From assembly GCA_039096225.1 (NCBI GenBank), contig JBBPEB010000020.1, positions 434,001 through 498,000 of the forward strand: a stretch of 64,000 nt of DNA, written 5' to 3'. The number at the start of each line of letters is the position of its first letter. Position 1 is the stretch's first letter. The notes under the pieces were generated by a model. It was not told where the DNA came from. It did not search any database and saw nothing but the letters and a program-made list of their open reading frames with translations. Of this stretch, positions 1 through 12,989 are shown in pieces. Source of the stretch: Blastocystis sp. Blastoise. Its lineage: Eukaryota; Protista; Bigyra: Opalinata. Position numbers and translations under genes: made by a program.

Positions 1-3000
1 ATTCTGTTTATATTTGGGTATATTTATTTGGTTAGAATTTGATGTAGCTTTTTGATTAACTTCTGATTGAGAATCATTTTCCTTATCTTTTAAGAATCCA
101 AAGAGGAGAGATAGTAATGTATTGCATATATTACCAAATAAATGCATGACATCTAATGGAAAAGAAGATGATTGATCGAAATACTGTAGTTTATCAAGAG
201 AAGATTTAGTTGTTTTTATTCCTTTTTCATCTTTAGTATCAGGATATTTGGCTCTTATTTGTTCGATTATTTCTTTACTATAGTGTGAATATCTTATATT
301 TGTAAATGCTTTATAATTATTTTGGTTCTTTGATGGAATATAGTCATAACGTACGAATCTATCATTTTTAATTGGTAATAAGTCATGATGTATCCATTGA
401 AGAGTAGTTTGTGAACATGGTATATATAAACATGAAGAAGTACTATCGTTAATAATATTATGCTCAATCTGGCTGAAGGAACAACTCATTCCATGATGAA
501 ATGTATTTCGATATTTATCACATATCATGTCACAAAATCGACAAGGATATGTCGACGCTGGGCTTAAGAACTTTCCAACATGCGTAATTGCTGTTGTATC
601 ACCAAAAAAATTAATTAATAATCCTACTACTCTCTTCTTCTGAATTGAACCATTAATTGAAACATCCATTATTATACCTTCATGAAGCAATTTTAACTCT
701 TCAACTAGAATGTCTAAACATGTATCTAGTCTGTTTTCTTGAACACAAGAATACATGTAATACTTGCGAGTATCAATCTTTCTATGTCTCTTATAATTTA
801 ACAACTCAATTAGAATTGGATTGGATGAACGATTTTGTATTGTTACAGGCTTATCGAATATTGATATACCATCTGTGGTAATATTAAAAGCTAAGAAAAT
901 GTCTCCATTATTTAATGATTGTTGAAGATAGGTTCTATAATTTGTACCAAGCATATAAAGAGGTATATCGTTATTTATAGATGCATCATTTGAATTGTAT
1001 CCTGTATCAACCAATCCTGCAATTTCTTCTTTACTATAGTATTCAATTCCAGAAATTAGAATTGGTGAAGAGAGAAGTTGTATAATACGTGGTATAAGCG
1101 GAATTATGATTTGCTTTGTGCCTAGTTATATAATTATTATTATTTCGTTTTTGCATAGATAAATGGTTATAGTAATATGAAAAGAATTGTATATATATAT
1201 ATATATATCATTACTATATATATGAGAATAGGCAAAAAAATTCCCATTGGTCAGTTTTTGGAAAAACCATTTGATTGGCTAATGTATACTATAGTTTGTC
1301 GCCGCAACTCCTCTAAACTTATGGGGAGTTAATGTTTGGTTGAAACACAGTTCAATAGGATATAACATGTAGTTGTGCACCGTATATTTGGTTAAGCGAT
1401 ATTATTTATAATTAAAAAGTTATTAATAAAAGAACAGAAAACATGATTTTTGAGTCGTTTTTGATTGGCTCTTTGGGATCATCCCGATAAAAATTGTTGA
1501 CCAGACAATTGAAAAATAAACATGGGGTAAACTTGATTTTTTATCAATCCCACAATATACGTTATCCGTGTTTATTCTTTATATTTATCTACTTTTTAAT
1601 ACTTTTTCATATTGAACACGTGAGGCCTTAACGGTCAAATTTTGATTCTTATTTTGACATCATATTCTGATTCAGGAGGTCCAAAAACCTAGGTGTACCA
1701 ATTTTCAGCTCCTGAGGACGATTTTTGAGTGATCGATATTTTCTTCGATCTTCTTATAGTGGACTAATATTACAGCATAGTAATCAATAGGTCCTCAAAC
1801 CACTATAGTTAAAACAGAGTCTTAAAATAACGAGTTTAAAAGTGACAATTTTGAAAAATGTGAATTAAGTGGTCTTAGAGTGAGAGATTCAATATAATGA
1901 CTTTTATTTAATAAACTAGAGGTAATACTCTATACTATGTCAAAAGGAGATTAAAAATTATGAAGGTCAAAGTGTATGACCAAATGACAAAATGTGTCTT
2001 AAAAAGTAAAAGGGTTTCTATATGTGTTCAAAATATTGAATCACGTCTATTCTTTGAATAAGAGCTTTAAATAAATAGTTTAAGGTTGTCAAATTCAAAA
2101 GAATGTATAAAACATAGTCTTAAACTTTGAATAAAAAATTTAGAGATATTAATTAGTATACAGCTGTAGTAGCTCTACAACATATCAAAAGTTCAAAGAA
2201 AATAATTTTTAGAGAGTGGATGTGTGAGGTGTTGTGACTATTATTTAAAATTTATTTTTACTTCAGTTTGAGCAAAATCGTGAATTTCGTGCACTGTAGA
2301 AAAATTGAGTCAGAAGGTCAACTCTAAGGGTCTTAAATTTAAAAAAATGTAAAAATGACTAACTTAGAGGACGAGATTCAAAATAAGAGTGTTTAGTCAT
2401 TAAACTAGACTGTATGACCTATATTATGTTAAAAGGAGGGACAAAAATATTTTGATCAAAGTGTATGAGCAAATGGTAAAGTGTCTTTAAAAAGTCTAAA
2501 GTGTTGACTAATGTGCTTATAGAGTCATATAAAGTCTACTATGTAAATATTAGCTTTTAAAAATATGTTTAAGCCTTTCAATTAGTAAAAATATGTTCAA
2601 AGAGACTCATAAAATGAGAGTTTTAAGAAACGAGATATTGTTCAGTATACACTAAGAGACACTCTACAACATATCAAAAATATAGCAAAAACTATTTTTA
2701 GAGAGTGGATGTGTAAAGGGTTGTGAGAGTTATTGAAAAAACATTTTTACTTCAGTTTGTGCAAAATCGTGTTTTTGGAACACTGTAGAAAAATTAACGT
2801 AAAAAATCAACTCTAAGGGTCTTAATTTTAAAAAATGTGAAAATGATTGACTTAGAGGACGAGATTCAAAATTCCCCCTCACTTTCATATAACTAGACCA
2901 CACAGTCTATATTATGTCAAAAGGAGGGATGAAAATATTTTGGTCGAAGTAAATGAGTAAATGCAAAATGTTTATAAAATATCTTAAAGTGATGAGCAAT

Positions 3001-3932
3001 GTGTAGCTATGGTCTTATTGAGTAAACTATGTAAATATTAGCCTTTAAAAATGAGTTTAAGTGTCTTAACCTTTCATAATGTGTCAAGAAGGGTCTTTAA
3101 GAAAGAGATTCAAAACATTAATTTTTATTTAATTAATAGTGTGATAAACTCTATATTATATCAAAAGACTGACGGAAACTGTTTTGATACAGTGGATCTT
3201 GAATGGGTAAAGTCTATTTAAAAGTCACTTTTTCGAGTCATTTATGATTAAAATAAGTATTTGAGACAACTGAAGAAATATTAACTTTTTAAACCATGTT
3301 TTATTAGTCAAAGCTAGAATGAATGCTGACTTTGTTATGATTAAAGCTTTCTAATTCTTTTAAAAAGTATGAAAATGAGTTTAAATTATTATATTACGTT
3401 TATTTAAATGAATTTTATGAATTAAAAATACTCAAGAGTACTTCACATTGTGACTCATTTCTAAAGTTGTTGACTTTAAAAACTCAAAAAATGCTTAAAA
3501 CAGTTGTTTAATTATTTATAAATACAAAATATATTTTTAAAATAATAAATAATATATAATAATACAAATTTCGTTTTTAGTATCTAAGAAATTCTTTTAG
3601 TTTTTTACATATTATAAAAAAGAATCTAAAAGATACTTATATCAGGAATTGAACCTGATTACAATCATTTACTGATTATAACTCTCCATATAGAGTATAA
3701 GAAATGTAATAAATAATAGATAATAAATAATAATATACAGTAAATTAAAAATAATAGATAATAGATAATAAATAATAATAGATAATAGATAATAAATAAT
3801 AATATATAATAAATGATAAATAATAAATAACAATAGATAATAAATGATAAAAGATACAAAAAGCCAAACATATATGATTTTATGCAGCCGCGGTCCGGGG
3901 CCGTTAGGCACTGGACCTGCGGCGTGACCCTA

Positions 3933-4025
<93 letters not shown>

Positions 4026-4700
4026 CATATATACTGTATATATAGATAAATGGTTATAGTAATATGAAAAGGAATATATATATATATATTCATATATATA
4101 TTATATTTATATATTGTATACATATATTTCTGTCACAAGTTGGATTTTTGCACTGTATATCAGCAAGAAATGGATATAACTTCTTTGTATTATATGTACA
4201 TATTTGAAAACATTTACTACAATTATATATATTAATACTATTAAGTTTGCTTCCTGATTTCAGTGCGTATTTTCTTATAATATCTTGTCCTCTTTTTGGA
4301 ATAGAAAATAATGAAATATTTGGATTTAGTCGTTTCATGATACTATTTGCTAACATAAATAAATGCTTAATTTTGGCATCACTAATTCCAAGTTCTAACC
4401 AACATGAAAAGATTTCATTCTCAATTTCTTTATTTATAGATGTTTCTTCTTCTTTCTTTGATGTCTAAATATATATGTTTAGTTAGTAATTGATAATAGT
4501 ACAATAAGTCTATACAATTGTATAGTTTCTTTTTCCTTTTTTTACATTAATATCATGATACATAGATAGCGTTATTAGTATATATAACTTATTATTAATA
4601 CCTTCTTCTTTAAAAATGTTTCAACTATATTCTGAATAATTGGCTTATTTGTCGAATATAATCGATTATCAGTATCTTCGTCGCTTTTATCATCATTATC
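1..4700 (-). CDS. CACTA/CMC-superfamily (EnSpm/Mirage-like) DDE transposase, spliced, runs off the left edge
   Basis: Manual translation. Exon 4464-4122 (CSKC..C zinc motif) splices GT(4121)..AG(1122) in frame to exon 1121-1 (IPLIPRI..., FFGDTTA, STYPCRFC, PLDVMHLFGN). Colinear with the 39728-42705 transposase. Upstream short exons to ~4700 are approximate. Confidence 0.8.
1850..3310 (+). repeat. About three diverged ~489-bp tandem units inside the non-autonomous Helitron
   Basis: tatattatgtcaaaaggag-type motif at ~1931/2419/2908; ctctacaacatatcaaaa-type motif at ~2173/2662/3149. Confidence 0.75.
3636..3701 (-). other. Degenerate tRNA-like cloverleaf in Helitron copy 1
   Basis: Mirror of 17525-17590; T-arm TCAGG-TTCAATT-CCTGA containing a B box. 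Confidence 0.45.
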
Positions 4701-4965
4701 AATATTAATGATATTATTAATTTTATTGAAAGACAAGAGCAAACTTGCTATATATATATTGGTTTTTATTGAAATGAAAGATACGATCGATTGTAGATTC
4801 CTTGCTTTTAGAAGTGCAGTATCGAAAATTATTCATAAGATGAATAAAAGAAGTTATTATCTAAAATATCTATTATTATTTGTAATCCAGTCATTCATAA
4901 CAAATAGATTCGTTTTCTCTATTGAAACTTCCAGAAATTCTTTTCTATATTTATTTATATCTACA

Positions 4966-5750
4966 ATGAGAAAAAGGCAATTATCGAATGAAGAGATAGA
5001 GAAGATTAAGGATATTAGCAATAAAGTAATAACATATGTAGGCTATTACATTAATGATGTCATTGATCATCAATTACAAGGTATTCATTTATTACTTATA
5101 TATATATAATTTTTTAGATATAGATAATCCAAGGTTATATCTGGAAGTAGAGACTTTTTTAAGACGTATATCAATAGAAAATATGATACCTGTTAGAAAT
5201 CAGAAGAATAGTACAATTCAGATTAAAGTATTTACATATATGCACTATTGTTTATGTCTTATATATAAAGAAACTTATGAAGTCTATTCCTTTCTGTTTA
5301 CCAGAGAATGTTCGGAAAATGGCCAAGTCAATGTTTAAACTAGTTGAAAATAATGTCTTCTTGGATTCAAAAAATTCGTTGTTTATTTATATTTGTAGTT
5401 TGATACGTTATTATATAAATAGCTACGAAACGAACATAGTCACCGATGATTCTTCTTTAATGATTTGTGTAAGAGAATGTCTCACAAATCGTCGATTAAA
5501 AGGTTCCTTGGTTGAATATTTTGGTTTTTCCATTAGATGTGATTTTAAAAAATATGGTAAACATGATTTTCATAAAGTCAAGTGCCAATTAGTATATTTT
5601 TAAGATATATTTTCTCTATGTACTTATGCATGGACATGTAAATGGGAACCTTTACCTACTTTTAATTGTGTCGGTAATAATAATACTGAGAAGAATAAGC
5701 CAATAGTTTATCGTTTACAAGAATTATATAAGAAGCTTCCATATATTTAA
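4966..5750 (+). CDS. CACTA-associated accessory protein (spliced, unknown family), divergent from the transposase
   Basis: Exons with short GT-AG introns. IPFCLPENVRKMAKSMFKLVENNVFLDSKNSLFIYICSLI aligns by eye with VPFVLSVDERKNAFQMWKLLKGRYTIDMDNILFKKICSIV of 37890-38791. Last splice site unclear. Confidence 0.65.
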
Positions 5751-5990
5751 AAAGAATCTTCTATATGTGGAAACTTATCAAGCCCTAAATTTCCAGAATA
5801 ATTTGATTGGCTGAAATGTGTTTTATTCTTAGAAAATGTTGTGTTTTGTTCTGACTCCATAAATTCATTTTATAACATTGATCATATTTATTTTAATAAG
5901 TTTTTATCCTTATTTATAATAATCAGTTATTTGTTTCAAAATTGAAAACTCAAATTATTATATAATGGCTAAAAGTATGCTTATATGCAT

Positions 5991-6125
5991 CACTAGTAGG
6001 CATTTTGTTTTTTAGTAAAAAAATCTATCTATTGGGTAATCAAAACCTTATCTAAAAAATGGGACATTTTCTTATCTAACGACAAAAAATCTTCTCTAAC
6101 CAAAAGCCAGGAAGTTATCTAACAC
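5991..6125 (+). mobile_element. Orphan CACTA left terminus with subterminal TTATCTAA repeats
   Basis: CACTAGTAGGCATTTT matches CACTAGCAGGCATTTT at 37083 (15/16). No partner TIR seen in the window. Confidence 0.6.
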
Positions 6126-6689
6126 GTCTGACTAGGCTGGCATCTTTTTTTTTAAGAACGGTTTTTGGTGTTTTTTTTTCTAACACAACTCAAATAGCTG
6201 TCTATTTGTATTTTATTTGTTCTAAAGGTATATATATTTTTCTCTAATAGACATTTTAAACACATTATCATGTATTTTTAAGATAAAATTTGGGTGCTAT
6301 TTGTTGGATAAAACCTGTCTTATTTATTTATTTAATCGTTGTGTGAATGATAATTAAAATTATATTAACAAAAGACAGTAAATAATAATATAATAATTAA
6401 AACAATAAGAAAAATAAGAAAATAATAATAATTTTTTTTTGTTTTAACTAAATTGGGAACCATTTTGATGACTATATATATAAAAATAATAGAAATAATA
6501 ATAATATAGATAATAAATAAATATATACCTTGTAATAAAAATTTTAAAGCGACTCCATGAAGAAAAACCACAACTATAAAAAACTAATGAATAAAAGTAT
6601 ATATAATATAGCAATATACCTTCTCAATCCAAATAGTGTGGACCAATAGAGACCTCAGAAAACACCCATTATCTATAGAAAAAAAATAC

Positions 6690-6810
6690 TAATTCTTCGC
6701 ACAAACCCAGGCGGCCAAGATATGGCCGACATCCCTATACTGCGAAGTTCTACGAACTTCGCTAGCATAGGGATGTTGCCCATATTTGTGTGGGTTTGTG
6801 CGAAGAATTA
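6690..6810. other. 121-nt GC-rich imperfect hairpin
   Basis: Perfect 20-bp outer arms TAATTCTTCGCACAAACCCA / TGGGTTTGTGCGAAGAATTA, inner stems, 3-nt loop (TAC). Confidence 0.85.
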
Positions 6811-6897
6811 CTAATTCTTATTAAATAGAAAAATCAAGGAAATAGAGGAAAACACACTATAAAATGAGCTTTTCCCCTAAATAACTATTTTAAACAA

Positions 6898-7217
6898 TTT
6901 GATTGGTTAAATCTTAGATGACATACCCTCTGTCATTCTTTTTTGACTTTTCAAACTTTTCTATATATTACATACTTTATTACTTTATTACTTTTTCTTT
7001 GAAAAAGTAAAGAAGTAAAGAAGTAAGACCCCTTATAATAAAAGTTTGGGTGAAAAAAAAGAGCCAGTTTGGAATCATTTGATTGGTTGAACGAAATTTT
7101 TGTGCACTTTTTACAATCTTAAACTTTTCTATATATTACATACTTTATTACTTTATTACTTTTTCTTTGAAAAAGTAAAGAAGTAAAGAAGTAAGACCCC
7201 TTATAATAAAAGTTTGG
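6898..7217 (+). repeat. Tandem duplication of a ~95-bp palindrome-containing module, each copy preceded by an ATTGG (CCAAT) box
   Basis: 6953-7048 and 7121-7217 are essentially identical; TTTGATTGGTT at ~6898 and ~7078. Confidence 0.75.
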
Positions 7218-7425
7218 TGAGCAACAAAAAGCTTAAAAAAATTCAGATTTAAAATGAAAAATATAGTTATTAATTTATGTTGTTTAATATATATAAACAA
7301 TTTATTAATGAAACAAAACAAATTTATATATATAATGATATAATTAAAAAAAAACTATAGATAAATATAAAATATATAAAATATTATATAAATATATATA
7401 GAAAAAAAATATATATGAATATGAA

Positions 7426-8138
7426 TTATATATCTGTTATACGAATATATAATTCATATTCATACTTTTTCCCATTCATTATCATTGAATTCGTGGCTAC
7501 AGGTAATTCAACGACAGTGGGAGACCTATGTATTATAGGTGTTGTTCTGGTAATTGATGGAGGAAGTGAAAGAATAGGAAATTGTCTAAATGAATTAGAA
7601 GATGCAGGAGTTCTAGGAGAGTTATAAGCGAAAATAGGGGAATTAGGAGTTGAACATGGAGAATAATGAGGAGAATAGCAACGTTGAGGAGAGTACTCGC
7701 ATTCAGATTCATTACTAACTTTTCGTTTATTAGTTATTTTGTTATTTTCAACTAAAATTAAAATAAAATATATAAAAATAATTAAATATAATATATTTAT
7801 ATATATAGTAAGAAATATTTAATTTATATAAATAATAATATTATAATATAACAATATATACTCTCTTCAGAAGGTTTTGAATCTTGTTCTTTGATTTCTT
7901 TCGTTTGATCTTTCAGATCATATCCTTTTTCACTTCTGTTAGAGTAGATAGTAGCTTCACTATCCTCACTATCCTTATTGATGCTGTTTTCATCACATTT
8001 AGGGATCTCCAGGAGTTTTCTTAACTGATCTGATCCTAGATCAGTTGAAAAAATAGTAGAATAAAATTAAAAAAATATGCATATGTATATACCTTTACAA
8101 GTAGACATACGAGCAGGGCGGCCACGACCAATAGGCAT
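7426..8138 (-). CDS. Three-exon small protein with N-terminal AT-hook-like GRGRP, a DSEATIYS motif and a Ser/Pro-rich C-terminus
   Basis: Manual splicing gives an open frame: MPIGRGRPARMSTCKGSDQLRKLL...DSEDSEATIYSNRS...YSPQRCYSPHYSP...YELYIRITDI*. Confidence 0.65.
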
Positions 8139-8269
8139 CTTTCTTAATAGGTAACAAATAAATAAAATATGTAAAATTTTATTTTGGCATTACACTTTTT
8201 AAAACTTGGTTTTTAGTACTTTGAAAATATTTTATTTATATAAGTTAATTAAAAGTATTTTTTATGTTT

Positions 8270-8348
8270 CTTGTGTAACCCAGTTGGGTTAACACTATGT
8301 TTGTGGAGCAATGGTTCCGGGTTCGATTCTCGCTTGAGGTTTTTTTTT
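8270..8348 (+). ncRNA. Degenerate tRNA-like Pol III gene (possibly His-GTG derived)
   Basis: A-box-like TAACCCAGTTGG, loop TTGTGGA, B-box-like GGTTCGATTCT, immediately followed by a T9 run. Stems are imperfect. Confidence 0.5.
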
Positions 8349-8928
8349 ACAACAAAACTATTTTCTAACTTTAATATAGAGAATTACAAAAAACCGGATA
8401 CGGTTAATTATCTGGTTTAAACCGGATAATTCTTTTATCTGGTTTTTTTGTATGCTTGTTTTGAAGGTTATATACATCAATGTTTTTGTATTTTGAATAA
8501 AGGATATTACAATGGTTTGTATACATACAGATAAGTCAAAATCGAAGTGAAAAATATAATAGTTTGTAATCATGACTTTAAAAGTCTTTTTTTATCAAAT
8601 ATCGTTTATTCTATGAAAATATACAGGATATACTGACCATTAAATAGGAATTTGTTCCACAAAATTTTAAACTTTAGTTAATTTCAAAAAAAGTGTAAGT
8701 GGTTTAAACTAATTTAGCAGTGATCTGAATTCAACTATGACTATAATCAACGATTTTGATATAAACACAACCACATAAAAGAATTCATTTTTGTAATTTT
8801 AATTAATTACATGAAAAAAACATAAAGTGTAAAACGATTCATAATACACGAACTAGACAATATGTTCATGACGAATAATATAATATAATATAATTAATAA
8901 AAATATATATGTGTTTGAGACAATGCAT

Positions 8929-11900
8929 TCATATTTTTTTATAATAAGCTGTATATCCATTTATTAGCTGACTATACTCAGAAAACTCAAATTTATTCTG
9001 TACTTCCTTTAGAATTAGCAGCTGTTCAATTGTTTTTGGTTTCAGATTCGATCTTCCATATGAGATAATTCTTCTGACTTTACTGAAACTTCTTTCAATA
9101 GAAATGGAAGAAAGTTTTATAGATAATAACGAAACAGCAAAATCAGATAATCCAGGATAGTGACTGGAATTATCTGACCACCACTGAATAATTGGTTTTA
9201 TTACTAAAGGAATTCCTAAATATTGACTCAATAATGTATAATATGAAGGTGAAACACGAAAAGAGTCATAAAGGAAGCTTGATGGAGAATTATCATAAAT
9301 TTTTAAATCATATGTATCTAGTTTATAATTATTTTGTAAATACGAAATAAGTCTATATATAATATGTTATATAATAGATAAACATAATAGCTAATATATA
9401 TAATAGATAAAAAATAGAACATATAATATAGTAACTCTAAGATAGATATAATAAAGTATATACTATATAAAGTCCCTGGAAAAAACCGGTCCTCTGGAAA
9501 AAACCGGTCCATTTTTTTTTTTTTATGTTATTTTCATGTAAATACGGTTTTTTTTAACCACAAAAACAAAATAACCACGATTTTTCATTTTTTCTTTGTT
9601 TTATAAACATTTTTGTTTATATAATCATTACTATATATGTCATCCACTTCCCATATCACTTGACAGAATTGTTATGTGGTAATTATCACCAAAATCTGCG
9701 ATATAATAATATATTTTGACAGTGTAATCTTATTTATTCTCGATAAGTCAATTTAAGTCAGGTTGAAGTGACAATCAACTATTATCATGGTATGTGCTGC
9801 AAAAGTGATGGAAGGAAATATAGATGACTCGCATATTAATGATGTTGCTGATAAAACTGTGTATAAAACAAAAAAAATTAAAAATCGTGGTTATATATTT
9901 TTTTGCCGTTAAAAAATTATTATTTACATGAAAATAACATTAAAAAAAAATGGACCGGTTTTTTCCAGAGGACCGGTTTTTTCCAGGGACTTTAAGTAAT
10001 TATAGATAATAGATAATATATTTCATACAATAAATATATATACTTAATAAATTCATATTCTAAATCCAAAGGACATATTTTAGTAAATAAGCAGAGTATC
10101 TTATGTTTATCAATTGATGGATCTAAAATAATTGTCGCAAAGATAATGCTTTTCATTCTTTCCAAATACTTCTTGATAAGATTCATACTTTTAACCTTAG
10201 CCTGATTAAAATTATAGATACCATGAAAAGGAGAGTATATATCATCATTAGGATTATTTTCTTCTGTTGATTCGCAACTGGTTCTTTTCATTTCTTCATA
10301 TATCTTGTCATTGTTTTCTTCTTCTTCAATTGTACATGGTTCCGAGTCAGAATAATCATAATCATCTTCATTATTAGCATTATCGTAGTTTCTATCATTA
10401 ATCTCATCAATTATATATTCATAATCAAAATCTTTATTATTTTCTTTATCTCGTATAATATCGATATTAATAGATTTTCTATTTAAAATATCATCTAATG
10501 CATTTTTTTTTAAATTATATTTTTCGTCGAAATAACATAAGAGAGGAGAAAGATCAGTAAGTAGTTTAAAATCATCAGGATAATCTGTAGGAGATGGCCT
10601 CATTAATTCATTTAAATCATCAACTGATGAACCCATACTTTCTAAATTAAAATAAATTCGAATTAATTCTAAAACGAAATAAGCCACACCAGTAGAATCA
10701 CTTGCAAGTATATTGCTTATTTTACTACATGAATTGATAAACGGATGTAATAAATGAATAACTTGAATATCATATTCACTAATTTCGTTTCTATTAATAA
10801 TGCTACTTAGCTGAAGTTTATCCATTGAATTTAATAGTATATATGAAGATTCCAATAAATTATCTAGAGAATTAAATCTAGTTTTTACATATGTATGAAA
10901 CTTTTTATTAGAACCAGTTATAGTATGATACTTCTTTAATAGAGAGTATGAATGATTAATTCTACAATAGATAGAATTTAATTGATCAATTACGGAATAA
11001 TGTTCTCCAAAGAGAGTATTAATGAATGCTATATAAATAAAATGATATATAATATTATACATAGAATAATATGTATATATATGACTATATTGATAATAAT
11101 AAATAATATAAATATATATGAATAATATATAAAATAAATATATAGAATAATATATATATATATATATACTTTTAATTATATTATTTATTATATGTACCCC
11201 ACAGAACATGTCACAATAATCTTTGCTGTATTTAATGTTCAAATTCATTTCTTTAGCAATAGTACCTATAGTATTCGAGCATTTGACATTAGAAGCAGCA
11301 GAATCAGATACAAAACCAAATATTTTATCTTGTATTTCATATTTTTTTATTACATCAATTAATTGAACTGCAATGTCTTCACTTGAAGAGCCATTAGAAT
11401 CACTAATCATTTTCAGCATACATTGCTCATATTTCATGGCTTTTGAATTATACCAAAAGGCATATATGGAGAAAAAATGAATTGTATTTGTGGTAGTTAC
11501 GGCATCATGTACTAAAATAATTGATCTAATATGAGACTGTTTGAAATATTTCTTCAACGAATCAAATATATAACTAGATAAAACATTAAGTGCAGAAACC
11601 AATTCACGATACGTAGGAATATATATAGTATCCTTCAAAAGAATTGGCAAAGGTTCAGACTTAACAAGTTGAAAAGGTAAATCAGAGAAAGCTATTGTCT
11701 ATACTAATAAATAAATATAAATATAAATATACACAAAGCAACATAACAACACATGTCTCTTTTGATTTTGTATCAATTGTTTTTGTATATTGTGTATCAA
11801 AGGTAGAAATAGGATCATTAATTCTTATATTATGTTTATGGTCTGCATGATATCTTAGTGAAGAAGTTGATGTATCATATCCCTATATATAAGATATAGT

Positions 11901-12746
11901 TATTGTTTTTATTAAAGAATAATAAATATACAAAGCCTTGGTTTGTGTTACTACCATTTATCCATGCTGTATATAAATCATCATTTAAGCATAAAGCACA
12001 TAAGATACGTTTTACACCATGAGATTCCTTAGTTTTAAATAGAGGACATATTTTTCCATTTGAATATCTTATTTTTAGTTGCTTAATAGGAGATACTATA
12101 TATAAAAATATATATAAATATAAATATAAATATAAATATAATATATTATATTAATATTAATATTAATATAATGTAAATATAAATATAAAATAAATATAAA
12201 ATAAATATAAAATAAATATAAATATAAATATAAAATATATATAAAATATATATATATGCCATTAGATTTTTTCGTTTTTATTGGACTAAAAAGGACTCTT
12301 CTAATTGTTGAACATGAAATACTATATAAATAAACAATAATTTAATAAGCCTATATATATACGACGACACAGCACCATGTTCATGTATATTCATAGTATT
12401 AGTAGAATTATGAAAACCATTAGGAATATCTAGATCTCTAAAACCATCATTTCCAGCTGTATCTGTTTTAGCATTCTTATCTTTTGAAGTGTCTCTACCA
12501 TTTTCTGTTGTACTGTTAACTATAATGATGTTATTTGATTTAGACGTTAGTATATTATCGTCATTACAATCAATAATTAACTTGGATTCCATTTCATCTA
12601 AAATACTCTCATCCAATGTAAGACCAGAATCATTCAGCACCGCAAAGCCATCATTAATAAAGGAAGAAATGAACGTATTATCTATATTATAATAGAATGA
12701 TATGGAAAAAGATTGTCTTTATTTACATACTTCTTGTATCAGTCAT
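8929..12746 (-). CDS. hAT transposase (spliced): BED zinc finger, DDE core and C-terminal dimerization domain
   Basis: CALC...HADHKH BED finger; LVHDAVT, VSDSAASN, CGVH, TRFNS; WW...YPGLS..A..LLS...SSISIERSFS. Confidence 0.9.
9470..9992. mobile_element. MITE with TA TSD (Tc1/mariner-type) in a hAT transposase intron
   Basis: Long TIRs AAGTCCCTGGAAAAAACCGGTCCTCTGG... flanked by TA on both sides. Confidence 0.8.
9641..9826 (+). mobile_element. Decayed relative of the 36465-36645 hAT MITE nested inside the TA-MITE
   Basis: Shared tcaccaaaat, ttttgacagtgtaat, taagtcaatttaagtc and caaaagt blocks in the same order. Confidence 0.65.
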
Positions 12747-12989
12747 TATTAAGATAATTGCTATATAGAATTGCTATATAGAATGATTAATCACTAAAGA
12801 ATCATATACAAAATGAATAAATATATTTTTGACTTTTTATCCGGTTTTGAAACAGGTTAAAAATTATGACTGTAAAAATCAAAAACCAGATAAAAGAATT
12901 ATCCGGTTTAAACCAGATAATTAACCGTATCCGGTTTTTTGTAATTCTCTACTTTAATATTTTTTACTATACTTATACAAACAAATTAG

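Larger units (their letters stand above)
1208..3933 (+). mobile_element. Non-autonomous Helitron, copy 1 (2.7 kb), inside a transposase intron
   Basis: A|TC 5' end at 1208; GC-rich hairpin then CTAG|T 3' end at 3933; near-identical inverted copy at 17300-20018; no long ORF. Confidence 0.9.
8377..12951 (-). mobile_element. Full-length hAT DNA transposon
   Basis: ~70-bp perfect TIRs starting TAGAGAATTACAAAAAACCGG; 8-bp TSD CTTTAATA (8369-8376 and 12952-12959). Confidence 0.95.

Noticed and set aside
3665-3911. ORFs 3665-3911 and 17296-17561 (IIYYLL-rich)
   Set aside because: AT-rich microsatellite and terminal hairpin of the non-autonomous Helitron.
6365-6670. Small spliced gene on the - strand
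   Set aside because: Splice-like sites are present, but the only nearby ATG runs into TGA; no credible model.
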